64,000 bases of DNA from a virus (Duplodnaviria > Caudoviricetes), in the IMG/VR virus record IMGVR_UViG_2974647559_000001, positions 1-64,000 of that record. One strand, given 5' to 3'. Below the pieces are notes generated by a model, which had not been told where the DNA came from, searched no databases, and saw only the letters and a program-made list of their open reading frames with translations. How positions within the stretch are numbered: position 1 is the first letter of the stretch; every line of letters starts with the position of its first letter. A program made the position numbers and the translations under genes. Positions 19,286 to 27,979 of the stretch are shown one piece after another.

Positions 19286-19527
19286 TCTTCACCTCCTAAA
19301 TGTTCATACATATCACTAACACAATTCTTGCACAGTGTGCATGTTGTTGTCTGCTTATTACGTTCAATCTGCCAAGAGACACTTGGAATAAAATCTTTAT
19401 CTTCTTGTGTTGAGGAATATTTATTGCTACAACATAAGCAACGATAATACTCTACTTTATTAGCACCAATATGTTTGCTTATCACTTTCTTAGTGCGAAA
19501 ATCTACGTTGAATATTTGTGTGCTCAT
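19282..19527 (-). CDS. Putative zinc-finger protein
   Basis: CLCC and CTLC pairs. Confidence 0.6.
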   Translation of the reverse strand: MSTQIFNVDFRTKKVISKHIGANKVEYYRCLCCSNKYSSTQEDKDFIPSVSWQIERNKQTTTCTLCKNCVSDMYEHLGGEE

Positions 19528-19712
19528 TCGTCATCCTCATCCTGATCCCAATGTCTCCAATCCTTGTAATATACAAGACCCAATGCAATAAAGCAAGCAA
19601 TAGCCCCATATAATCCAAAAGTATGTTGCTGTGTAGATATTGCACCAATAATTCCTATCCACCCAATAGCAACACATATAATTATAATAGTGTTTATTAA
19701 ATAATATAGCAT
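19524..19712 (-). CDS. Small two-helix membrane protein
   Basis: Two hydrophobic stretches, acidic tail. Confidence 0.65.
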   Translation of the reverse strand: MLYYLINTIIIICVAIGWIGIIGAISTQQHTFGLYGAIACFIALGLVYYKDWRHWDQDEDDE

Positions 19713-19731
19713 ATTAATTCTCCTTAAAATA

Positions 19732-19751
19732 ATAGGGGCTTACGCCCCTAT
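19732..19751 (-). terminator. Rho-independent terminator ending the NAD operon
   Basis: ATAGGGGC-ttac-GCCCCTAT, T-rich tail on minus strand. Confidence 0.8.
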
Positions 19752-19755
19752 ATAG

Positions 19756-21246
19756 TTAACTCCAAAGTCGATCACGGATAGTTGAGAATGTTTCTTCTTT
19801 GTAGAAGTTACCACTAGAGTAAACTACCTCCAGTAAACCTTCTTGCTCTTGTTCAAACGATTGTTGGTCGTGTAAAATAAAATTGTTACCTTCTTTTTCG
19901 ACACGTAATAGACCTTTGGCAGATTTCTTCATACCATCATCAGTTTTAGGGTCTTTAGATAGCTCATACAACTTACCGTCAACAATAGCAGCAGTGGCTT
20001 TCACGGCCATACCTGCACTATCTCGACTTAAATATTGACTAGTAAAACTTCCAACACCAAATACCACGTTTGTGGAGGCAAAACCTTTGCTTGCTAACCG
20101 TTTGAATATCTCTTTGGCACGTTCCAACGTAATAGAGTCACCATAAATTAAACCCACACGTTCATGTAAATGTTTAAAACCAAGTTCATTCTCAGTGCCA
20201 CCAAACACTTCCCATAAACACTCAACAGCACCTTTATATTCCGGTGAACCTTTTGGTGCGTCAATATCACCACACAACACTTTAACTGGGCAACCAGAGT
20301 CGGGGCGGAATACAACTTTAGCCAAACCAATTTCATTAACCTGCCGGTTAAGAATATCGTCTTTAAGTTCTGTAGCAAACTCAGTGACTACTCGGAAGAA
20401 GTCTAGTGTATCAGCAATAATAGATACAATACCAGTTGGGTAATCCTGTGTAATCCATTTACGATATGTTTCTAATTCACCATTCACCGCGATTCCAGTG
20501 GAAGCTAAACTATGTTCACTCGCGGGGACTGATGTAGCAATAAACTCTTTTGTAATATCAACACCATAGTACTTTTCCAAATATGGCAGTGCTGGAATTG
20601 TATCAGTACCATTACTTGACAGCAAGAACCCTGCTGCACAAGCTGCCGCATCTTCCCATCCACTCATGCCACGAAATTCAAAACCATGTATCTGGAACTG
20701 TGTACCATCAGTCGAACCCGTCGTCTTGGTTGCCCAATCATTAGTAAGCTTCCTGTACTCACGTATAATTGTAGCCACTGTAGCAGGCTTCCACAACTGT
20801 GCAGACAAGTATGTCTCTAGGTAATTAGTCAACCAAGCAAACCGATTGTCCGTGTTGCGAATAGTAAAGAATGGCACTTTAATATCTACGCGACTACCTT
20901 CTGGTAGAGACTTGACCTGAATAGGTAAATAGCCTAAATCATGTAGCTCTGCAAAGTGGTCCATTCCTACAGCACCAACCCCAAGGTAAGCATCAAATAG
21001 ACGCTTAGTTTCAGCTAGCACTTCTTCTTTATTGCGACTGAAAAACTCCTTATCCCATAGGTTATGCATTTGTTTCAGTACAGCTTGCAGACCAAACCAG
21101 ACAATCTTATCATCAAAATCTTCGTGGTTTACTGGTAAATATTTACTAGAACGTGGTGTCATGTTCGAGTAAATGCTTTCAGTACCTTCGGTCATAAAAC
21201 CTTTGTGACTTAGTTTGTAGCTGTCTGTTAAAAATAATGGGTTCAT
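19756..21246 (-). CDS. NAMPT-family protein; probable Namat of NARP1
   Basis: TDSYKLSH, HGFEFRG, PASEHS, FRPDSG, LIYGDSIT, KKSAKG. Confidence 0.9.
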   Translation of the reverse strand: MNPLFLTDSYKLSHKGFMTEGTESIYSNMTPRSSKYLPVNHEDFDDKIVWFGLQAVLKQMHNLWDKEFFSRNKEEVLAETKRLFDAYLGVGAVGMDHFAELHDLGYLPIQVKSLPEGSRVDIKVPFFTIRNTDNRFAWLTNYLETYLSAQLWKPATVATIIREYRKLTNDWATKTTGSTDGTQFQIHGFEFRGMSGWEDAAACAAGFLLSSNGTDTIPALPYLEKYYGVDITKEFIATSVPASEHSLASTGIAVNGELETYRKWITQDYPTGIVSIIADTLDFFRVVTEFATELKDDILNRQVNEIGLAKVVFRPDSGCPVKVLCGDIDAPKGSPEYKGAVECLWEVFGGTENELGFKHLHERVGLIYGDSITLERAKEIFKRLASKGFASTNVVFGVGSFTSQYLSRDSAGMAVKATAAIVDGKLYELSKDPKTDDGMKKSAKGLLRVEKEGNNFILHDQQSFEQEQEGLLEVVYSSGNFYKEETFSTIRDRLWS

Positions 21247-21255
21247 ATATTCTCC

Positions 21256-22062
21256 TTATTTACCTAAATTAAAATTCAACACATCAGTTTGGTTTACATA
21301 ATTACCAACTGTGTGCCAACAATAGATATTATCTATCTTGTCTTTGAAGATGTCAAGCCCTTTTGCTGCAATTAAATGTGTTACGTATAAATCAACAATA
21401 GCTCCTAGCGACTTAAGCTTCTCTGCTAGCGGAATGAAGGTGCCGCCCGCATCCATTAAATCATCTACAATCAACAACTTACAACCAGTTAAGTCAACAT
21501 CAGTGTCTAGTGCTGTCTCAACAATACGTCCCGTAGAAACATCCCGCACCTTAGTTGCAGTGATTACTGGCATACCTAACTCATATATCTTCTTTAATGC
21601 ACCTTTATCTGGTGCAACCACATAGTCATACTGCTTTAAATTATGTACCACTTCACTAATTGCAATATACTGAGGCATATCATTTAAACCACAATAGTCT
21701 ACCCAATCTGGATTATGCGAATCTACAGTTCGTACTTCATCAAACCCTTGAGTAATAATCTCAAGGAACACCTCTAGTGGTAGAGGATTGCCGTGTTCAA
21801 ACACCCTGTCTGCTCTAGCAAAAGGACAGTACGGAATGTTTAAACCAACCTTATATTCTGTGCTGCTATTAGCATAACCTAGCGCACTCCTAACCAGCAG
21901 AACTTCCATCAAGATATCTTTTACTGGTGTAATTGGGTCAACTGTAACCCAAGCAGTTTTAAATTGTGGTGGGCAATCAATTAGTTTACAAGTATTGGCA
22001 CCATCACTAAATTCTAACCAATCTATTTTGATTGGTTTGTTGTCAATTGTTAAACGAATCAT
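21256..22062 (-). CDS. PRPP-synthetase-family protein; probable Adps of NARP1
   Basis: FSDG, PYCPFARADR, VAPDKGA, IVDDLMDAGGT. Confidence 0.88.
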   Translation of the reverse strand: MIRLTIDNKPIKIDWLEFSDGANTCKLIDCPPQFKTAWVTVDPITPVKDILMEVLLVRSALGYANSSTEYKVGLNIPYCPFARADRVFEHGNPLPLEVFLEIITQGFDEVRTVDSHNPDWVDYCGLNDMPQYIAISEVVHNLKQYDYVVAPDKGALKKIYELGMPVITATKVRDVSTGRIVETALDTDVDLTGCKLLIVDDLMDAGGTFIPLAEKLKSLGAIVDLYVTHLIAAKGLDIFKDKIDNIYCWHTVGNYVNQTDVLNFNLGK

Positions 22063-22566
22063 TTAACCCTCCAACTTATAAATAACAACATCTTTAACAT
22101 AAGGAACTACCAGATGCTCAATCAATTCTAACACAATATTCCAATCTCCACCAGCACGATCTGACGCCATTTTGTATGGGACACCAATTGTAACATTAAG
22201 TGGATAGATAGGCCATTCTTCATCCAATTCAAACTGTATTACACGGTAACAATGAGATAATGCAGAAGCTATAGCACCATAACTTACATAGCGCTTTTTA
22301 TTATACCCATAAAACTCTTGCCCTATCAGATTGAGAACTCTCCCACCTTCGATACAATCACCTAAGAAATGCTTAAGTGTCCTGCGTTCTTGTAACATAT
22401 CATAACGTCTACGGTAAGCTAAATAGGCATCTGGAATACGAGCCTTAATCTCCTTAGCTACACCACTTCCCATAACACCTTGTGCGTTACAACAATGTGC
22501 AATAAAGTCCACCTCACCATCAAGCAAAGCATCTACAACATTTCCAGTTCTGTGAATAATACCCAT
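22063..22566 (-). CDS. Macrodomain (ADP-ribose binding/hydrolase) protein
   Basis: AHCCNAQGVMGSGVAKEIK, PYKMASDRAGGDW; ATG at 22566 after GGAG. Confidence 0.85.
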   Translation of the reverse strand: MGIIHRTGNVVDALLDGEVDFIAHCCNAQGVMGSGVAKEIKARIPDAYLAYRRRYDMLQERRTLKHFLGDCIEGGRVLNLIGQEFYGYNKKRYVSYGAIASALSHCYRVIQFELDEEWPIYPLNVTIGVPYKMASDRAGGDWNIVLELIEHLVVPYVKDVVIYKLEG

Positions 22567-22577
22567 ATCACCCTCCA

Positions 22578-22683
22578 ATTTAACCTATCTACAAGCGCCT
22601 ACAATCAATTATACAGTCATACCCTAACCAACGTACTACTTACCCCATAAAACCTCTCATAGACGCTCTACGGTTGTTTAAAT
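22578..22683. repeat. ~106-bp intergenic pseudo-palindrome E1
   Basis: ATTTAAC...CAACGTAC (offset 51)...GTTTAAAT. Confidence 0.65.
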
Positions 22684-22685
22684 GG

Positions 22686-22937
22686 CTATTTCAAGATACC
22701 TTTCACTTTAAGGTAGTCTATAAACTCAGCCAATTTGGTCAAATTCGCCGTCCTTCTACCATGGGAATAGAACTCAAAATCCTCTGGATTACTCATTAAG
22801 ACTTCATTTGCTGTTTCTAGCAAGTCATTTAGTGTCGGTGGTAATCCAATATAAGGAGAACCATCCTTAGTAAAATAACGAGTCTTTCCTTGGTTATCTA
22901 AACTACTGAAACCAACCCATCTGATGTCTGATGACAT
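22686..22937 (-). CDS. Hypothetical protein
   Basis: 83-aa ORF with RBS. Confidence 0.65.
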   Translation of the reverse strand: MSSDIRWVGFSSLDNQGKTRYFTKDGSPYIGLPPTLNDLLETANEVLMSNPEDFEFYSHGRRTANLTKLAEFIDYLKVKGILK

Positions 22938-22948
22938 ATTATTTATCC

Positions 22949-23317
22949 TTATTTCACTAAACTAGCTGCATATTCTAGTAAATAAACGCGAGGTGCTAAC
23001 CAGATTTGTAACCAATCAATTGTAAACATAGGACATGCAACTACATACATCACAATGTTTAGCCCACCAAGAGGTACCAATAGTGCTTCAAGTGTGTCTA
23101 TTTCTTTCCAAAGCCATCTGGTAAATTTATAACTTACAAACAATAGCAAACAAGAACTAAAGAAAGACAACAAACTCTCAGTAAACTTCCATGTTAGTAA
23201 TTCCTGAACAACCAATGGGATTTCATCAAATGCTGCACTACCAATCTCAGCAGCCTTATTAACTAAGTTTAATAATACATCTTCCGCGCGTTGTTGTAAT
23301 TCTGATTTATCACTCAT
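22949..23317 (-). CDS. Membrane protein (start likely at MSDKSE)
   Basis: Two hydrophobic helices; AGGAG before 23317. Confidence 0.7.
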   Translation of the reverse strand: MSDKSELQQRAEDVLLNLVNKAAEIGSAAFDEIPLVVQELLTWKFTESLLSFFSSCLLLFVSYKFTRWLWKEIDTLEALLVPLGGLNIVMYVVACPMFTIDWLQIWLAPRVYLLEYAASLVK

Positions 23318-23327
23318 AACATTCTCC

Positions 23328-23537
23328 TTATTTACCAATTCTAATATAATTAACACCAGTTGCTGATTCTAACTGCACCACAACACCATTGTCAACTCTA
23401 ACATTCACAAAACTGCCATTTATTTTTGCTTCCTGCCAGTCAATGTGTTGATTCACCTGTCTTGAATACTCCCAACTAATCTTCTGGTAGTCTGTACGGT
23501 CTATATGATATCGGAAGTTACCTATAAATGCAAACAT
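23328..23537 (-). CDS. Hypothetical protein
   Basis: 69-aa ORF in operon. Confidence 0.6.
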   Translation of the reverse strand: MFAFIGNFRYHIDRTDYQKISWEYSRQVNQHIDWQEAKINGSFVNVRVDNGVVVQLESATGVNYIRIGK

Positions 23538-23773
23538 TATTTAGCCTCCATTAAAACTATTTCTGTTGTATAACTAACTGAACCAATCTTTTGCGATAAG
23601 CCTAACACACGTTGATAATCTTCGCAAACTTTATCTACCACTTCGTTGTAATTTAATTCCCTATCTGATATTACATCAAACTCCAACACCTTATCGTGGT
23701 TGTCAAACTCATTGAAGTAGTGAGTGAGTGTGCCAGTGTATTTGTACATTTTTTGTGATTTAATTGTTGGCAA
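23537..23773 (-). CDS. Hypothetical protein
   Basis: 78-aa ORF in operon. Confidence 0.6.
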   Translation of the reverse strand: MPTIKSQKMYKYTGTLTHYFNEFDNHDKVLEFDVISDRELNYNEVVDKVCEDYQRVLGLSQKIGSVSYTTEIVLMEAK

Positions 23774-24176
23774 TTTGTTTCTCCTGTAAAACCAATATCA
23801 AACAGCAGGCTATTGCGCGCAGTGGGTTTTTATCACCAAACTGCTCACCATCAGCGCAAATACCGTCAATCTCATCAAATGCGCTAACATCTAAATAGTT
23901 TTCATATTTTACAGCTAAATAGCCATCACGAAGATGAATGGCGCTAATGCCATGCTCAAACACCAGAGGCATTATGTCTGAAACGTCACGGCAATATGCG
24001 GGGCATTCCCTATAGTATGACCCTTCGGGGTATTTTATCACGTTACTATAAATACCATCACCCGTATCAACATAGTGCTGCCCAATAAATTCTGCCTTGG
24101 GGTTTAGTAATAATTCAAGTTCTTTATTTACCTGCGCGTCACTCATACCCCGCAACTGTTCTTTTGTGTGTTTCAT
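23760..24176 (-). CDS. NinX/DUF2591-like protein
   Basis: DIMPLVFEHGIS...NPLRAIACC motifs. Confidence 0.65.
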   Translation of the reverse strand: MKHTKEQLRGMSDAQVNKELELLLNPKAEFIGQHYVDTGDGIYSNVIKYPEGSYYRECPAYCRDVSDIMPLVFEHGISAIHLRDGYLAVKYENYLDVSAFDEIDGICADGEQFGDKNPLRAIACCLILVLQEKQIANN

Positions 24177-24206
24177 AATTAATCTCCTTATTTATCTGTT
24201 GTGGGA

Positions 24207-24235
24207 AGTATGGGCTAATTGGGTTTGGTTGTCAA
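24207..24235 (-). promoter_or_regulatory. Sigma70-type promoter
   Basis: TTGACA-17-CATACT. Confidence 0.75.
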
Positions 24236-24269
24236 TATGGATTGCAGGATAATTTACTGCGGTTCTTCT

Positions 24270-25577
24270 TTATTTCCTTTTAACAACACAGTTATTTCCA
24301 CCAACAACCACTTGGTATGCCTTGTACATATTAGCTTCTGCAATATCTGCATAGTCCTCTTGAACAATAACACTGTCGTGTATTGGTACAAGGAGGCGAT
24401 CATCTTCTACTGCACGCTCTAGCATGTAATCCATAAGACTGGATTCGATATTCATTAAAAATGTAGCTTTCTTGGCAAAGAAGAAGTCCAATAGGTAAGC
24501 ATTCCTATCCATTAACATATCCAACATCTTACGGATAATTGGAAACTCTTGCCACTCACCTCTTTGCTTTGCATCATCAATCTTTGCTTGCATACCAGAG
24601 GATTTTAGTTCCCCTAGTGTGGCGTAGTAAGCTGTATCAAAGTTATCGGCATTAAATAGGCACATTAGACCCACTTTAGCTAAATCTCTCATTACTTTAG
24701 GACAATAACCTTCTATCTGCACACCATAAACATCAAAATCTGGCGCTAATTCTTGTCCAACTAAATCAGCAGCAATTCTAGGCCATAATTGGCTGTAGTC
24801 AATCTCAACAGTCTGTATGTCATTAATAAATATCTGCCTACGATTCTCTTTGTTGAGTAAATCCGACACATCAGAACCAGTCATGAAAACCCTCCCGCCT
24901 TCTTTGAGTGATGAGTTATTAAAGATTTTACGTAATGCTACATGGAATCTATCATCTTGAATGTTTATTTTCCCTTTGTCAAGTGCAGTATTAAAAGCGT
25001 TAAGAACATCAACCAGATGCTTCTCTTTCTCTGTTAACCTGATACCGATAGGTTTACCATTGCTGTCTCTCACCTCTATTACGCTGTCTTTAATAGTAAA
25101 ATCCTTAACATTTTCGGACACTTGTTTAATTATTTTCTCACAAAGGTATAGTTTACTTGTCTCAAACGACTGAGGAACCATCCTAAACTTATCCTTACCT
25201 TCTGAATCGACACCTACATGAGTTAGCCGGTAGTCAGTTGCACCCCCTTTCTCTGTAATCGAATGAGTATAATTCTCCAAGTAACTTAACACTATCTTCA
25301 TGTTTGTATAACTTATTTTCCTACCCGTGTTGTTTCCATTATAAATCACTGGAACTGAGTAAGCATTCTCATCTAATGTAAGTGTTATGTAAGGTCTACC
25401 TTTGTTGACAATGTAGGCAGTATTTAGGATCATGCAGTAGCAACACCTCTTTATGTCTGTCATTCTTTTTGCTGTAATCTTAGTACCCGTGAAGTCAGTT
25501 AGGTACTTAATAACATCCTTGTACAGCGTATCACCAACTAATGAAAGTTTCTTATTTAATTTATAATCTAATATCAT
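24270..25577 (-). CDS. Orphan right-hand polymerase-like protein (T7 RNAP/PolA-like motifs)
   Basis: GGRVF; EIDYSQLWPR (motif A-like); RDLAKVGLMCLFNA (B-like); PIHDSVIV (C-like). Confidence 0.6.
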   Translation of the reverse strand: MILDYKLNKKLSLVGDTLYKDVIKYLTDFTGTKITAKRMTDIKRCCYCMILNTAYIVNKGRPYITLTLDENAYSVPVIYNGNNTGRKISYTNMKIVLSYLENYTHSITEKGGATDYRLTHVGVDSEGKDKFRMVPQSFETSKLYLCEKIIKQVSENVKDFTIKDSVIEVRDSNGKPIGIRLTEKEKHLVDVLNAFNTALDKGKINIQDDRFHVALRKIFNNSSLKEGGRVFMTGSDVSDLLNKENRRQIFINDIQTVEIDYSQLWPRIAADLVGQELAPDFDVYGVQIEGYCPKVMRDLAKVGLMCLFNADNFDTAYYATLGELKSSGMQAKIDDAKQRGEWQEFPIIRKMLDMLMDRNAYLLDFFFAKKATFLMNIESSLMDYMLERAVEDDRLLVPIHDSVIVQEDYADIAEANMYKAYQVVVGGNNCVVKRK

Positions 25578-25679
25578 GTTTATGCCTCTTAAACCAACTA
25601 TAAGAGTTGGGATTCTCCCAATAACGGATAAATATTAAAAATACCAATAACCACAAGGGCTAGAGGTATTGTTTGCTTC

Positions 25680-25889
25680 CTATTCTTTGTCACAAAATAC
25701 CACTGTTTCTTTGTCTAAAATAACATCATAATAATACGATGCTGACAGTAGATACTCCACCCACACAGATCGAGTGAAGTCGTCGCTACCGTAAGGGCAA
25801 ACCTTCTCCATCATCTCAATCCAATCTTTAGGTTGTAAACCACATACTCTCCAAGGTAAAACTTTAGTTGTGTTGTCAATGTATAGCAT
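25680..25889 (-). CDS. Hypothetical protein
   Basis: 69-aa ORF with GAGG RBS. Confidence 0.55.
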   Translation of the reverse strand: MLYIDNTTKVLPWRVCGLQPKDWIEMMEKVCPYGSDDFTRSVWVEYLLSASYYYDVILDKETVVFCDKE

Positions 25890-26031
25890 ATATAGTCACC
25901 TCTCAATTATCACAGCAAGAGAAATTCCCACTGTCTATACCTAATTTTACCACAGGTAACACATAAATAGAAGCCGCATAGACGTCCAAATCAGTCAAGA
26001 AATAATATAAATAAATTTTATCTATTGGTTG

Positions 26032-26060
26032 TTGACACGGTAATTTGGAAGGTGTATTAT
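26032..26060 (+). promoter_or_regulatory. Sigma70-type promoter opening the rightward early region
   Basis: TTGACA-17-TATTAT. Confidence 0.85.
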
Positions 26061-26084
26061 TGGCACATCGAAACGAGATAGGAG

Positions 26085-26285
26085 ATGGTTATGAAAGACT
26101 TTACAGGTAAAGAATTAAAAGTAGGTGATTTAGTTATAGTTGCACATGTGACGGGTTATTCTTTTGATGTTGGTATGAAGGTTACACACGTAATTGCTTT
26201 TTGTGAAAAGACTAATAAGATATTGACAGAGAATGACCAAACTTTTGGGTATTCACCAGAATCGGTTGCCAAGGTTTGGTGTTAA
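26085..26285 (+). CDS. Hypothetical protein (KOW-like N-terminus)
   Basis: MKDFTGKELKVGDLV motif, similar to 49653. Confidence 0.65.
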   Translation: MVMKDFTGKELKVGDLVIVAHVTGYSFDVGMKVTHVIAFCEKTNKILTENDQTFGYSPESVAKVWC

Positions 26286-26296
26286 GGAGAAACCAA

Positions 26297-26497
26297 ATGA
26301 GTATGTTCTGCAAACATAAGTGGGAGATTTTATCTGAATTGAAAACTGACAGTATCTATGATAGAGTGAGGCGAGATGGTGGTAGCCTGTCATCGTCTAG
26401 TGTTTATGGGATGAAAGAAATAATGGGGTGTAGACTTATCCAATTGTGTACATGCACCAAATGCGGTAAGATTAAGAAATTCGTAGAACATATTTAA
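26297..26497 (+). CDS. Small Cys/His zinc-ribbon-like protein
   Basis: FCKHKW...CTKCGK; AGGAG RBS. Confidence 0.65.
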   Translation: MSMFCKHKWEILSELKTDSIYDRVRRDGGSLSSSSVYGMKEIMGCRLIQLCTCTKCGKIKKFVEHI

Positions 26498-26520
26498 AAG
26501 AAGTGGTGACTAAATATAGC

Positions 26521-26626
26521 ATTTAAACAAACACACAGGATTGTGGCGCCATTATCTACAGAAACATAGGTCAACGTATTGACTACAGGATAAAATGGCT
26601 TAGAATTGATTATAGACAGCTTAAAA
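26521..26626. repeat. ~106-bp intergenic pseudo-palindrome E2
   Basis: ATTTAAAC...CAACGTAT (offset 51)...TTAAAA; GCCATTAT/AAAATGGC arms. Confidence 0.65.
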
Positions 26627-26651
26627 GCTAAAGAGAATAAGGGGAATAATT

Positions 26652-26843
26652 ATGTACCATTTAGTTTTACGTCAATATGATGGAACTTATATAAGAATCG
26701 AGAACGAAGAACCATTCGACCAATATGAAATTGCAGGTTATGAAAGTGAATATTGTCAGTATACTGTTGACAATACCAGACCTTACTACGATAATCAGGT
26801 GAGGTACGATGCTGTGGCAGTTAATATCTTTCAATCGGAATAA
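26652..26843 (+). CDS. Hypothetical protein
   Basis: 63-aa ORF with RBS. Confidence 0.65.
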   Translation: MYHLVLRQYDGTYIRIENEEPFDQYEIAGYESEYCQYTVDNTRPYYDNQVRYDAVAVNIFQSE

Positions 26844-26854
26844 GGAGAATAATT

Positions 26855-27184
26855 ATGTTTTTAGTTAAACATTTTCAATATGGGTTAGCGGTTAAGGTAG
26901 ATTTCTTCCATAACTCAAGAGAGACTGTTATTGGTAGTGTTGAATGTTACGAAACACTAGAGGCCAAATGGAGAGAGTTCTTTGCTTTAGGTTATATCAT
27001 GGGGAGTAAAACCAACATGGTGACTGGTTGGGTGAGCAATAGAGACTTGAAAGTTCAAGCTGAAGCTGCTAGAATGCTATCAGAAGTGTTTGATATATTC
27101 GAGGATGATTTCACTAAAGAAGAATTGATTAAACTTGGTTATAAAGAAACTAACACATTACGAAAAGGAGGAGAACTGCAGTGA
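26855..27184 (+). CDS. Hypothetical protein
   Basis: 109-aa ORF with AGGAG RBS. Confidence 0.7.
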   Translation: MFLVKHFQYGLAVKVDFFHNSRETVIGSVECYETLEAKWREFFALGYIMGSKTNMVTGWVSNRDLKVQAEAARMLSEVFDIFEDDFTKEELIKLGYKETNTLRKGGELQ

Positions 27185-27696
27185 CTAAATTACAAAACAT
27201 GAAAATTCGTATCAATAATCCAGAACATTCTAAGGAAGTGCAGGAGTGTTTGTTTAAATTAGGATATATGTGGAACAGTCAACTGTTCCCTACTGTTTGG
27301 AGGGCTGAAGATGCTGACAACCTCTTCACTTATAAAAGTGGTAAGATTTATTGTGCTGCTGATACTGGTCAGGAGTATTTTGTGGAACACAACAACACAG
27401 AAGTTACCCTAGAGGATTTACGAGCTATGCTAGCTGAACAGTGTGCTGGTGCTACTAAGGTGGGTACGGTGGATATCCGTCCATTTTCTATAGATACTAC
27501 AGAGAATCAAATAACATTCCAAGAACTACAAGAACTGGTTAGCACCACCAATATTGAGCTTACATTTCAAACCAACGGTAAAGTTCATATTTATGACTAT
27601 GATACAGACACAGGGAAAGAGTTTGACAGTGTGGAGGATGCTGTATTATTGTTAAAGGCTAAGGCTGAGTACCTAAAGGAGTGGAATAAATTATGA
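27181..27696 (+). CDS. Hypothetical protein
   Basis: 171-aa ORF with GTGA overlap. Confidence 0.7.
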   Translation: MTKLQNMKIRINNPEHSKEVQECLFKLGYMWNSQLFPTVWRAEDADNLFTYKSGKIYCAADTGQEYFVEHNNTEVTLEDLRAMLAEQCAGATKVGTVDIRPFSIDTTENQITFQELQELVSTTNIELTFQTNGKVHIYDYDTDTGKEFDSVEDAVLLLKAKAEYLKEWNKL

Positions 27697-27908
27697 ACCA
27701 ACAACAAGAATTACAAACATTCCTAGCTGCATTACAACAAGCCAGTAAGCAAGCTGTTGGGTTACGTCAGATGAATGTCACAGATAAGTCTAACCGAAGT
27801 GAATGGATTGTTGGGGTAGGAAATCAAATGTTCTCATTGTGGTGTAATCCTGATGACAGTTGGGGTTGGGAGTATTACAACCCGATGCAAAGTAATTTTG
27901 GATTTTGA
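27693..27908 (+). CDS. Hypothetical protein
   Basis: 71-aa ORF with ATGA overlap. Confidence 0.65.
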   Translation: MNQQQELQTFLAALQQASKQAVGLRQMNVTDKSNRSEWIVGVGNQMFSLWCNPDDSWGWEYYNPMQSNFGF

Positions 27909-27920
27909 TTGAAATGGTTA

Positions 27921-27949
27921 TTGACAGGCTAATTTCAGTCTGCAATACT
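27921..27949 (+). promoter_or_regulatory. Sigma70-type promoter
   Basis: TTGACA-17-AATACT. Confidence 0.75.
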
Positions 27950-27979
27950 AGGCACAGCTTACAACAAAGGAGATAAATT

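Noticed and set aside
19756-22062. NARP2 or plain NAD salvage
   Set aside because: No NMN adenylyltransferase in the window; the PRPS+NAMPT pairing fits NARP1 better, though genes outside the window cannot be excluded.
25885-25990. Possible seventh 106-bp element
   Set aside because: Only the right end (TAGACGTCCAAAT) resembles the family; no left end or central motif.
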